Shown: one piece after another, positions 1-6,464 of the stretch | Position numbering within the stretch: the first letter of the stretch is position 1 | Layout of the letters: each line of letters starts with the position of its first letter | Source of the DNA: a virus | IMG/VR virus record: IMGVR_UViG_3300032320_002275 | Span: 1-12,912 of that record | Length of the DNA stretch: 12,912 bases | Strand: one strand, 5' to 3' | Position numbers and translations under genes: made by a program | The notes under the pieces: generated by a model | Told to the model about the DNA's origin: nothing | Databases searched by the model: none | The model's input: only the letters and a program-made list of their open reading frames with translations

Positions 1-65
1 ATAAAAGCGAAATAGCAAAGATTAACGATAATTACGCACGAAAAAATATAAAATTTAGATTTTAA
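1..65 (+). CDS. Duplicate copy of the 3' end of the 12369..12854 gene (partial at window edge)
   Basis: Same sequence as 12790..12854; stop TAA at 63..65. Confidence 0.9.
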   Translation, partial: KSEIAKINDNYARKNIKFRF

Positions 66-123
66 ATAAAGAATTATGAAAAATAAAAGTACAATGTTAT
101 TAGTAGGTATTGGAGTAGCTTAT
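1..123. repeat. Terminal overlap, left copy (exact duplicate of 12790..12912); marks a circular or circularly permuted genome of 12,789 bp
   Basis: Base-by-base comparison shows 1..123 and 12790..12912 are identical. The junction lies inside the 12369..12854 ORF. Confidence 0.95.
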
Positions 124-372
124 TTATTATACCGATTATACAAAAAAAATTCAATGGCACCAGTTACTACAACTGCAAGTCCAAGTCCAACCCCAACAAT
201 ATTAAAAGCTGATACTGAACAAATTATATCAAATGGAGTGCCTAATCAATTTTTAGTAGATAAAGTAAGAGATGAAGCTATTTATTATGAAATACCTAAT
301 ACTTATCAAACTTTTTACGCAAGAGGAAATAATTTAGCTGGTGCAATATCAAAAGTACCATCTACTTGCTAA
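76..372 (+). CDS. N-terminally membrane-anchored protein of unknown function (putative virion membrane protein)
   Basis: 98-aa ATG ORF in the plus-strand block. It has one hydrophobic segment, MLLVGIGVAYLLYRLYKKN, followed by a Pro/Ser/Thr linker (TTTASPSPTPT). Confidence 0.6.
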   Translation: MKNKSTMLLVGIGVAYLLYRLYKKNSMAPVTTTASPSPTPTILKADTEQIISNGVPNQFLVDKVRDEAIYYEIPNTYQTFYARGNNLAGAISKVPSTC

Positions 373-398
373 CATTTTTAACCTTTAAATAAAATAAA

Positions 399-671
399 AT
401 GAGCAATTTTAATATAAAAGCTGGATATATAACTTATGATGTAAACTTTATAACTTATGATGCTAACGGATTTATAACAAGTAATTGCAATAGTATTACT
501 TTTATTAATTATGGTTCTAATGTAGTTACAATAGAAAGCGTTGTATTACAACAAAATCAAAGTTTTTCAATAGACGGAAACGCTGGCGAAATAATGAATA
601 AGCAATTTTTAGCAACCTTTACTGGTGCTGGAACAAATAATTTAGTTACAATAAAGAAAAACTATATCTAG
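399..671 (+). CDS. Small beta-rich protein immediately upstream of the fibre gene; possible vertex or spike-base component
   Basis: 90-aa ORF with alternating hydrophobic/polar beta-strand-like pattern (ITFINYGSNVVTIESVVL). Its stop TAG overlaps the GTG start of the fibre gene (TAGTG). The function is a guess from position only. Confidence 0.5.
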   Translation: MSNFNIKAGYITYDVNFITYDANGFITSNCNSITFINYGSNVVTIESVVLQQNQSFSIDGNAGEIMNKQFLATFTGAGTNNLVTIKKNYI

Positions 672-2692
672 TGAGTAATATTAGCGTAGATTTTGATGTG
701 TTAAACCAAAGGGGTAGCCCAGCTTGGTTTACTGATACTTTTGCCAATATACCTACTGCTGGCTTTGTAGGTCGTATGTTTATTTCAAAAGATACTTTTG
801 CGTTTTATAGAGATACTGGTAGTGGGTGGGATTTAATTGGTGGGCCAGGCATTGGTACATTAACTGGTAGTGGTGTAGTAGGGCAAGTATCATTTTTTAA
901 TGGTACCCAAGTTATTACTGGTAACAATAATTTATTTTGGGACAATGTTAATAGTAGGTTAGGAATTAATACAACGACGCCGGGTGCACCTTTAGATATT
1001 CACGCTACTGGTACTAATGCACAATTTAATGGTACTGGTACAAATAATGCTTATTTAGTATTTCAAAATGCTGGATCTAACAAATGGCGTATAGGCAATA
1101 ATTATAATGGTGGTGCTAATAGTTTTGATTTATATAATAATACAACTACAAGTACAATTTTTTCAGTTAATTCTAATGGTACATTTACATTATCAACAAG
1201 TTTATTTGCTAATTTTGGTATTGCTTTAAAAGATGTATCAGGCGTAAATAGTAATGGAAGTTTAGGTTTAGGTAGTACTGGTGCTGGTTTAAGTCTTGGA
1301 ATGAATGTTACTACTACAAATTATTTTGTATTGCCTACATCAGTAGGATATTCATATACTTTTCCAGCAACTACTGGTACAATAGCTTTAACAAGTAATT
1401 TAAGTAGTTACGTACCTTATACTGGTGTAACGCAAAGTGTAGATTTAGGTATTAATGATTTAAGTTCAAGATATTTAATTGCAAATGGTAATAGTACTGC
1501 TTCAGGAATATTAGCTTTAAAAATTAGCAATACTGTAACTGCTACAAGTGGTTATGGAACAATAGGTGCTTTATCAGGTCAACAATTTGCATTTGTATCT
1601 TATCTTGCAAGTAATTATGATAAAATTGCATATTTAAATTTAAGTGCATTATCTGATAGTACACCTAGAGTATTTACTTTACCAAATGCAACTGGCACCT
1701 TAGCTTTAACAAGTGATATTACATCTGCAATAAGTGGTACTACAAATAGGCTTGCAAAGTTTACCAGTACAAATGTTATTGGTAATAGTATGGTAAGTGA
1801 TGACGGCACTACTTTAACCAGTACTGGTGCTACAAGGTCAAATTTTTATATAAAAGCTGCAAACAATTCGGAATATGGGCAACTTGCATTCACAAATGGT
1901 ACAAACGCATTAAGCGGAGGTATAAGCTATAACAATAGCAGTCAGTATATGCAGTTTGAAACAAATACAAGTGAGTGGATGAGATTGAATAGTAATGGTA
2001 ATTTTTTAATAGGAACTACAACTGATAATGGTAATAAATTACAAGTAAATGGAACTGGATATTTTTCAGGTAATGTAGGAATTGGTGTAACTACTCCAAG
2101 TTATAAATTAGATGTCGCAGCACCTGGTAGTCCATCTGCAAGAGTTAGAAATAGCGATTTAGGTGGAACTGCAACTTTATTATTAGAAACTGCAAATAAC
2201 TTTAGCGGTACTTGTCAAACTTATGTTAAATGTATTGGTGCAGTAGGTAGTGGTGTTTCAGATTTAGCTTTTGGAACTGCGGGTGCAAGTGGTGACGCAA
2301 CTGCAGCTGAAAAAATGCGTATTAGTTCTGCTGGAGTAGTTACAATAACTAATTTAGGAACTGGTGCCGTTACATCAACGGCTGGAGTATTATCTGTTAC
2401 TTCTGATATGTATTTAAAAATAGAAGATGGATTTATAGATAATGCTTTAGAAAAAATATTAAAATTGACTCCTAGATATTTTTATTGGAAAAAAGAAAGT
2501 GGTCTACCTATTGATTTAAGACAATTAGGATTTTATGCTCAAGAAGTTAATCAAGTTTTAGGAGAAGAAGTATCAAATACACCAAAAAAAGAAAGTGATA
2601 AATGGGGTATTTATGATAGAGGTATAATTGCTATGCTAACAAAAGCTATCCAAGAATTAAACCAAAAATTAATAAATAATAATATAAATTAA
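671..2692 (+). CDS. Receptor-binding fibre or spike protein with C-terminal peptidase S74 intramolecular chaperone (autoproteolytic) domain
   Basis: 673-aa ORF with a GTG start. It is Gly/Thr/Asn/Ser-rich and has repeated fibre modules (RLGINTTTPGAPLDI and NVGIGVTTPSYKLDV; TFPATTGTIALTSNLSS and TLPNATGTLALTSDITS). The C-terminus SDMYLKIEDGFIDNALEKILKLTPRYFYWKK...LGFYAQEVNQVLGEEV...IIAMLTKAIQELNQKL matches the S74 pattern (SD.rLK ... w.w ... G.iAQEv ... l.al.i.aiqeL). The predicted cleavage Ser is about residue 578 (nt 2402). Confidence 0.85.
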   Translation: MSNISVDFDVLNQRGSPAWFTDTFANIPTAGFVGRMFISKDTFAFYRDTGSGWDLIGGPGIGTLTGSGVVGQVSFFNGTQVITGNNNLFWDNVNSRLGINTTTPGAPLDIHATGTNAQFNGTGTNNAYLVFQNAGSNKWRIGNNYNGGANSFDLYNNTTTSTIFSVNSNGTFTLSTSLFANFGIALKDVSGVNSNGSLGLGSTGAGLSLGMNVTTTNYFVLPTSVGYSYTFPATTGTIALTSNLSSYVPYTGVTQSVDLGINDLSSRYLIANGNSTASGILALKISNTVTATSGYGTIGALSGQQFAFVSYLASNYDKIAYLNLSALSDSTPRVFTLPNATGTLALTSDITSAISGTTNRLAKFTSTNVIGNSMVSDDGTTLTSTGATRSNFYIKAANNSEYGQLAFTNGTNALSGGISYNNSSQYMQFETNTSEWMRLNSNGNFLIGTTTDNGNKLQVNGTGYFSGNVGIGVTTPSYKLDVAAPGSPSARVRNSDLGGTATLLLETANNFSGTCQTYVKCIGAVGSGVSDLAFGTAGASGDATAAEKMRISSAGVVTITNLGTGAVTSTAGVLSVTSDMYLKIEDGFIDNALEKILKLTPRYFYWKKESGLPIDLRQLGFYAQEVNQVLGEEVSNTPKKESDKWGIYDRGIIAMLTKAIQELNQKLINNNIN

Positions 2693-2693
2693 T

Positions 2694-2954
2694 ATGAAAC
2701 AAATACAAGCAGTATCTATATGGTTTAACGGACAAGTGGTACAAGCTACTATATTTAATTTAACAAGTATTAATGATAATTTAATAGATAGTGCTACATT
2801 TTATTGGCAATTATTTGATGCTACAAATATACAAGTAGCACAAGGCAATCTAACTATGGGTAATTCTAATTATACAAATTATTCTAGTAGTTCAGATTCT
2901 AACGAATACGCTTACCAATGGGGTGCAACACAATTAAATTTAACCTTAGTTTAA
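2694..2954 (+). CDS. Hypothetical protein downstream of the fibre gene
   Basis: 86-aa ORF starting 2 nt after the fibre stop. No motif recognised. Confidence 0.5.
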   Translation: MKQIQAVSIWFNGQVVQATIFNLTSINDNLIDSATFYWQLFDATNIQVAQGNLTMGNSNYTNYSSSSDSNEYAYQWGATQLNLTLV

Positions 2955-2969
2955 TCAAAACAATATAAT

Positions 2970-3131
2970 ATGGAAAACCAAAAAGCCCTAGAATTAATTA
3001 AAGCCTTAATTGATGAATCAATTAAAAAAGGTGTATTACTAAACATTGATACGGCAGTACAAGTCGCAGAAGCGTTTAATACAATCGTAAAGGCAATTCA
3101 AAACAATGATTCTAATGAATCAGTAATTTAA
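2970..3131 (+). CDS. Small helical hypothetical protein (53 aa), not in the supplied ORF track
   Basis: Hand translation: MENQKALELIKALIDESIKKGVLLNIDTAVQVAEAFNTIVKAIQNNDSNESVI, stop TAA 3129..3131. It fills an otherwise non-coding gap in a tightly packed operon. Confidence 0.45.
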   Translation: MENQKALELIKALIDESIKKGVLLNIDTAVQVAEAFNTIVKAIQNNDSNESVI

Positions 3132-3136
3132 TTGAA

Positions 3137-3310
3137 ATGACTGAAAAAAATGGTATAAGTGGGTCGATTGCTAGTGTAGGTACTTACATATTAAGTATTA
3201 ACCAAATTAACGCATATATGTCGTTATTTTTGGGCTTACTCTCTGGTATTAGTTCCATTTATACCATTTTATATTTTTACAATTTAAACAAAAAGAAAAA
3301 TGAAAAATAA
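3137..3310 (+). CDS. Small TM protein (57 aa), holin or antiholin candidate, not in the ORF track
   Basis: Hand translation: MTEKNGISGSIASVGTYILSINQINAYMSLFLGLLSGISSIYTILYFYNLNKKKNEK. It has a hydrophobic core and a charged Lys-rich C-terminus, and lies upstream of the lysozyme gene. Confidence 0.5.
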   Translation: MTEKNGISGSIASVGTYILSINQINAYMSLFLGLLSGISSIYTILYFYNLNKKKNEK

Positions 3311-3461
3311 AAAAACTACAATATTTGGTTTATTAGCTGCAATTAGTGGCTATTTTGCTACGGCTGGTACTGGTAAAGTTCAAGTTATTGCTCAAGCAAT
3401 AGCTGGTATTAGTACATTTTTATTAGGTGGAGTGGCAGCTGATTCTAAAAAAGATAATTAA
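3300..3461 (+). CDS. Small two-TM protein (53 aa), holin candidate, not in the ORF track
   Basis: Hand translation: MKNKKTTIFGLLAAISGYFATAGTGKVQVIAQAIAGISTFLLGGVAADSKKDN. It has two hydrophobic stretches and a charged C-tail. It overlaps the previous ORF by 11 nt and ends 8 nt before the lysozyme start. Confidence 0.55.
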   Translation: MKNKKTTIFGLLAAISGYFATAGTGKVQVIAQAIAGISTFLLGGVAADSKKDN

Positions 3462-3469
3462 TTGACTAT

Positions 3470-4015
3470 ATGGCTAGTAATAAAAAAGTATTAGCTACTT
3501 TAGTTATATCAACAATAGTAATATATATGTTACGTAAACGAATAGCTACGGCTTTAAATAATACCCCTTTTGCTTTAGTTAGCGACAAGCTATTTAATGT
3601 AATAGCTAGTTTAGAGGGGTTTGTTGCTATACCTATTTGGGACTATATGCAATATAGCGTTGGTTACGGAAGTGGCTATAATTGGGACTTAAAAAGACCA
3701 GTTATTAAAACTGATGTAATTGACAAAGAAACGGCTAAAAAGTGGCTATTATTGGAAGCCCAAGATAAATACGATTTTGTAAAAAGTAAGGTTAAAGTAC
3801 CAGTTACCGATAACCAGTTATTAGCTATGGCTAGTTTTACTTATAATGTAGGCGAAAATGCTTTTGCTAATAGTACACTACTAAGATTGCTTAATGAGGG
3901 GGTTAGTAAGGACAAGGTAGCCCTACAATTTGATAGGTGGGTATATGCTGGGGGAAAGGTTAGTAGTGGCTTAAAAAAGCGTAGAATAGCTGAAAAGCAA
4001 TTATTTTTATCATAG
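3470..4015 (+). CDS. GH24 (T4-type) lysozyme/endolysin with N-terminal TM segment (signal-anchor-release or membrane-tethered form)
   Basis: The sequence SLEGFVAIPIWDYMQYSVGYGSGY gives Glu49 and Asp58 with the spacing of T4 lysozyme E11/D20, followed by the S/T-x-G-Y-G turn. Downstream are TDNQLLAMASFTYNVGENAF and GLKKRRIAEKQLF, both typical of GH24. The N-terminus KKVLATLVISTIVIYMLRKR is hydrophobic. Confidence 0.85.
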   Translation: MASNKKVLATLVISTIVIYMLRKRIATALNNTPFALVSDKLFNVIASLEGFVAIPIWDYMQYSVGYGSGYNWDLKRPVIKTDVIDKETAKKWLLLEAQDKYDFVKSKVKVPVTDNQLLAMASFTYNVGENAFANSTLLRLLNEGVSKDKVALQFDRWVYAGGKVSSGLKKRRIAEKQLFLS

Positions 4016-4044
4016 GGGGGTTTTTGCATAGTATAAAGGTAGAG

Positions 4045-4069
4045 GGGGTATTTTTATACCCCTTTTTTT
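4045..4069 (+). terminator. Intrinsic terminator hairpin at the convergent junction (end of the plus-strand block)
   Basis: GGGGTAT (4045..4051), loop TTTT, ATACCCC (4056..4062), then T7 (4063..4069). An A-run follows on the opposite strand. The hairpin overlaps the stop codon of the minus-strand ORF 4054..4245. Confidence 0.6.
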
Positions 4070-4245
4070 ATGTATATGCGTTCTACATATAATCTAGTGG
4101 TTTTTTCGTACAAATTAAAATACTCGGCATCTAGGGTTCTAGCAAAAGTTATAAAATTATTAATACTAGAAATATTATGATATTTACGAACTGGCTGGAT
4201 ATTATCCTTAAAAAATACAATAGCACTATACAACTTTTTAGCCAT
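4054..4245 (-). CDS. Hypothetical protein (63 aa), last gene of the minus-strand block
   Basis: ORF overlaps the upstream gene by 8 nt, which suggests coupled translation. No motif recognised. Confidence 0.5.
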   Translation of the reverse strand: MAKKLYSAIVFFKDNIQPVRKYHNISSINNFITFARTLDAEYFNLYEKTTRLYVERIYIKKGV

Positions 4246-4483
4246 TTTTAAGGGGTTTATCGTTTATAGCGAAGTATCTAACATTGTCTTGGGTAACTGC
4301 CCTAATTTTGCGTTTTACTACCAGCGGTGCAACTGCTCGTAATATAGTAAATCTTTGCCATTTTGTAATGTCTTGCAAATCTTTTAAACTTACTACTTTG
4401 CGTTCTAGAATGATAAAATAAATTTTTGTCTTATTTGTCATAGTGTTATATTTGTAGTGAAAAGTGTTAGAGTAGGCAATCAT
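4238..4483 (-). CDS. Small winged-helix-like DNA-binding protein (putative transcription regulator)
   Basis: 81-aa ORF. KIYFIILERKVVSLKDLQDITKWQRFTILRAVAPLVVKRKIRAV resembles a helix-turn-helix plus wing. An alternative start at Met15 (nt 4441) is possible. The CTGACTATAA motif lies 8 nt upstream of ATG 4483. Confidence 0.5.
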   Translation of the reverse strand: MIAYSNTFHYKYNTMTNKTKIYFIILERKVVSLKDLQDITKWQRFTILRAVAPLVVKRKIRAVTQDNVRYFAINDKPLKNG

Positions 4484-4491
4484 TGTCTATT

Positions 4492-4552
4492 TTATAGTCA
4501 GCGAGAAGTCAGCCTAAAAACTGGCTTCTCGTTTTTTTATGACTACAAACTA
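4492..4552 (-). promoter_or_regulatory. Bipartite upstream element, copy 1: TAGTTTG (4552..4546), 44 nt, then CTGACTATAA (4501..4492), then ATG 4483
   Basis: The same two words occur in the same order upstream of two other minus-strand genes. TAGTTTG resembles the Bacteroidota -7 box TAnnTTTG but is one base shorter. Confidence 0.35.
4502..4538 (+). terminator. Strong stem-loop plus T7, oriented as a plus-strand terminator inside the minus-strand block
   Basis: CGAGAAGTCAG (4502..4512) pairs with CTGGCTTCTCG (4521..4531): 11 bp with one G-T wobble and an 8-nt loop. T7 follows at 4532..4538. On the minus strand no U-run follows the stem. Confidence 0.5.
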
Positions 4553-4556
4553 ACCA

Positions 4557-4685
4557 TTAGTATCGTTTTATTTTTGAATTGTTAATTATATGCTCTATAA
4601 AAGCTATAAACATTATATACATAGCAAATAATATAGCTAGTGGCATTAATACAAATATTAAATAAAGTCTTTTTAAAATTGTCAT
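4557..4685 (-). CDS. Micro-ORF encoding a 42-aa single-TM peptide
   Basis: Hand translation: MTILKRLYLIFVLMPLAILFAMYIMFIAFIEHIINNSKIKRY. Its ATG overlaps the stop of the preceding micro-ORF (ATGA). Confidence 0.4.
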   Translation of the reverse strand: MTILKRLYLIFVLMPLAILFAMYIMFIAFIEHIINNSKIKRY

Positions 4686-4759
4686 ATATCCTTGTTTAAT
4701 AGTTTATAAAATAATTTTTTCGCTAATTCCCATATAATTATTGTTAATATAATTGTCAT
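4682..4759 (-). CDS. Micro-ORF encoding a 25-aa hydrophobic peptide
   Basis: Hand translation: MTIILTIIIWELAKKLFYKLLNKDI. Its ATG overlaps the TGA stop of the helicase gene (ATGA), and its own TGA overlaps the next ATG. Confidence 0.35.
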   Translation of the reverse strand: MTIILTIIIWELAKKLFYKLLNKDI

Positions 4760-5746
4760 AATATTTTATAATTGTTTTTATTATCTTTTACAATATAGTT
4801 TTTATTTATCCACAATTTAATTAAGTTTTTTGCATAGGCTTTACTGGTGGCAGTCCTTTCAATAATTTCGCTAGATATATCATTATAGGGCATTGGCATA
4901 GTAACTATTTGATGCAATAATCGTTTACTTTCAATTTCATCTAAGTCGGTAGCTTTTTTTCCACTATTCTTTGCTTTGTCGGTTTCAGTTTGCTCAAATA
5001 TGCCGTTAAAATTCATTAATGTAATAGGTTCAAAGTCGGAATCGCTACGCATAAAACGGCTGGATAGTACATAGGTATTTTTATCTTTGTCTTTTGTAAT
5101 ATCTAAAGTGGATTGAGCAAACCTATCACTAGCACTACCAATGTGTCCAGTAGTCATTAAATTGCTTTTTGACTGGTGCAAAACCGATATTAGCAATATA
5201 TTATAATGCTTAGTTATCTTTTTTAGCCAGCTAGTTAATAAACTACTTTCTTTCTCATCATTGTAATTTACCAATAAATCAAGCAATCCGTCCACAATTA
5301 GTATAGAGCAGTCTAAATTAAGCTCTAAATAGCGTTCAATCATTAATTTAATGGCGTTGCTGGAATCTTCGCGAACTTGAAATGCGTCAAAATAAGGTGG
5401 TAAATCGTTAATTTGAGCAAATCCTTTAATTTTATTAATAGTCCTATAAAAGTCGTAGTCGCTACTTTCGGTATCAATTAAACATACTTTAGCCCTATTT
5501 TGGGGGGTATGCAATTTCATTGTGAAAATATCATAGGTATTAAATACGCTACTAATCATAGCACATATAAAGGTTGATTTACCAGCTTTAGGGTAACCCC
5601 GAAAATATACAAAAGTTTTGGAGTGAGCCGATATGTTTACCTTGTATGGTAAAAATAATGTTTTCCTTGCTAGGTATATAGTTGGGGTTGTATTTGCGTT
5701 TTTCTAGTAAATCATCAATGTTTATCTTATAGTCAGTATTTTCCAC
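4756..5746 (-). CDS. RecA-fold replicative helicase (DnaB C-terminal / RepA, AAA_25-like) with C-terminal wHTH; reading frame interrupted by a +1 change at 5597..5600
   Basis: Walker A GYPKAGKST (5598..5572), Walker-B-like ILIVDGLLDL, ISVLHQSKS and GHIGSASDRFAQSTLDI are typical of DnaB-C/RepA helicases. The tracked ORF (4756..5559) starts downstream of the P-loop. The N-terminal 52 codons (GTG 5746 to stop at 5588) are in a different frame. Confidence 0.75.
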
Positions 5747-5777
5747 ATTTATAAATTTTCAAGTAAAGCACAAACTA
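5727..5777 (-). promoter_or_regulatory. Bipartite upstream element, copy 2: TAGTTTG (5777..5771), 34 nt, then CTGACTATAA (5736..5727), at the helicase 5' end
   Basis: Same words and order as copies 1 and 3. Here the second word lies just inside the GTG-5746 reading frame. Confidence 0.3.
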
Positions 5778-5812
5778 AAAATACAAATATTAGTATTAAA
5801 ACTGCTTGTCCG

Positions 5813-6082
5813 TTAATGGTTGTAAATAACCATTTCGCTATTTTTATCATTTTCAAATGTTTTAGTTTTTTCTTCAATTTTGTTTAAAAAAGTAATTGCT
5901 TGTTCTATGCTAATATCCATTAATACTAAATCGTATTCTTCTATATTATTAGATATTTTAGCTTTGTAAATTTCTAGTGCAAAATGCTCAAACTTACTTA
6001 GACCAGGTATAGGTACCACTAAGCGTTTAAAATTATCTTGTAATGGTACTACTGGATAGGCTGGTTGAGTTAAATTATTCAT
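5813..6082 (-). CDS. Hypothetical protein (89 aa)
   Basis: ORF in the minus-strand block with an 8-nt overlap with the upstream gene. No motif recognised. Confidence 0.5.
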   Translation of the reverse strand: MNNLTQPAYPVVPLQDNFKRLVVPIPGLSKFEHFALEIYKAKISNNIEEYDLVLMDISIEQAITFLNKIEEKTKTFENDKNSEMVIYNH

Positions 6083-6269
6083 TAGTAATAGGTTTTAATG
6101 GTTCTGCTTCGTAAATTTTGTAGTCGGGTTGCGTAGGCTTTACCTTATATTCATTTTTCCACATTGTATATAGTTTTCCTTCAATAGTAAAACTGATATA
6201 GGTTTTGCTATTTTTTGTGGTTTTGTCCCAAGCACCAATACTTGTTTTTTTTTCAGTTTCGTTTTGCAT
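6075..6269 (-). CDS. Hypothetical small protein (64 aa); faint resemblance to DUF736-type small beta proteins
   Basis: IGAWDKTTKNSKTYISFTIEGKLYTMWKNEYKVKPTQPDYKIY recalls the G.w.k....G..yls.kl....a.l..n......pdy.v pattern. This comes from memory only, so the assignment is weak. Confidence 0.45.
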   Translation of the reverse strand: MQNETEKKTSIGAWDKTTKNSKTYISFTIEGKLYTMWKNEYKVKPTQPDYKIYEAEPLKPITNE

Positions 6270-6316
6270 TTTTTTAAATTTTGAGTTTTTGCTAATAATA
6301 AAAAGTAATTCATAGG

Positions 6317-6463
6317 TTATTTAGTTAAATAGTCTATATGGCATTTTGCACTAGTTAAACTGCTATGCTCACTCATATCAATTTGAACAATATAAACTTT
6401 TGGTAATAAGTGGTCGTATAAAGTTTCAAAAATAACATAACCTAAATAATAAATTTTTTTCAT
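6317..6463 (-). CDS. Small hypothetical protein (48 aa), not in the ORF track
   Basis: Hand translation: MKKIYYLGYVIFETLYDHLLPKVYIVQIDMSEHSSLTSAKCHIDYLTK. It starts 1 nt after the stop of the 6465..6749 ORF. Confidence 0.4.
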   Translation of the reverse strand: MKKIYYLGYVIFETLYDHLLPKVYIVQIDMSEHSSLTSAKCHIDYLTK

Positions 6464-6464
6464 T

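Noticed and set aside
1-123. Reading the 123-bp end repeat as a true direct terminal repeat, LTR or att-type duplication
   Set aside because: The boundary cuts through a CDS and the repeat contains no recombination-site features. An assembly overlap of a circular or permuted molecule is the simpler explanation.
428-478. 21-bp-period direct repeat TATAACTTATGATG (428..441 and 449..462) with a partial third copy
   Set aside because: It lies inside the 399..671 CDS and simply encodes a duplicated ITYD(V/A)N peptide. Nothing suggests a regulatory or VNTR role.
1615-1809. 64-aa minus-strand ORF inside the fibre gene
   Set aside because: It lies entirely antisense to a well-supported 673-aa CDS, has low-complexity hydrophobic content and no upstream signals. 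It is typical of a shadow ORF in AT-rich DNA.
3841-4029. 62-aa minus-strand ORF antisense to the lysozyme gene
   Set aside because: It overlaps the conserved GH24 C-terminal region on the opposite strand. The lysozyme frame carries clear family motifs, and this one carries none.
5749-5850. 33-aa hydrophobic micro-ORF (MIKIAKWLFTTINGQAVLILIFVFLVCALLENL) on the minus strand
   Set aside because: It overlaps the 3' end of the 89-aa gene by 38 nt in another frame. Its distal half covers the 5747..5812 spacer, which carries the TAGTTTG box shared with two other upstream regions. That spacer is therefore more likely regulatory than coding. The ORF is not excluded.
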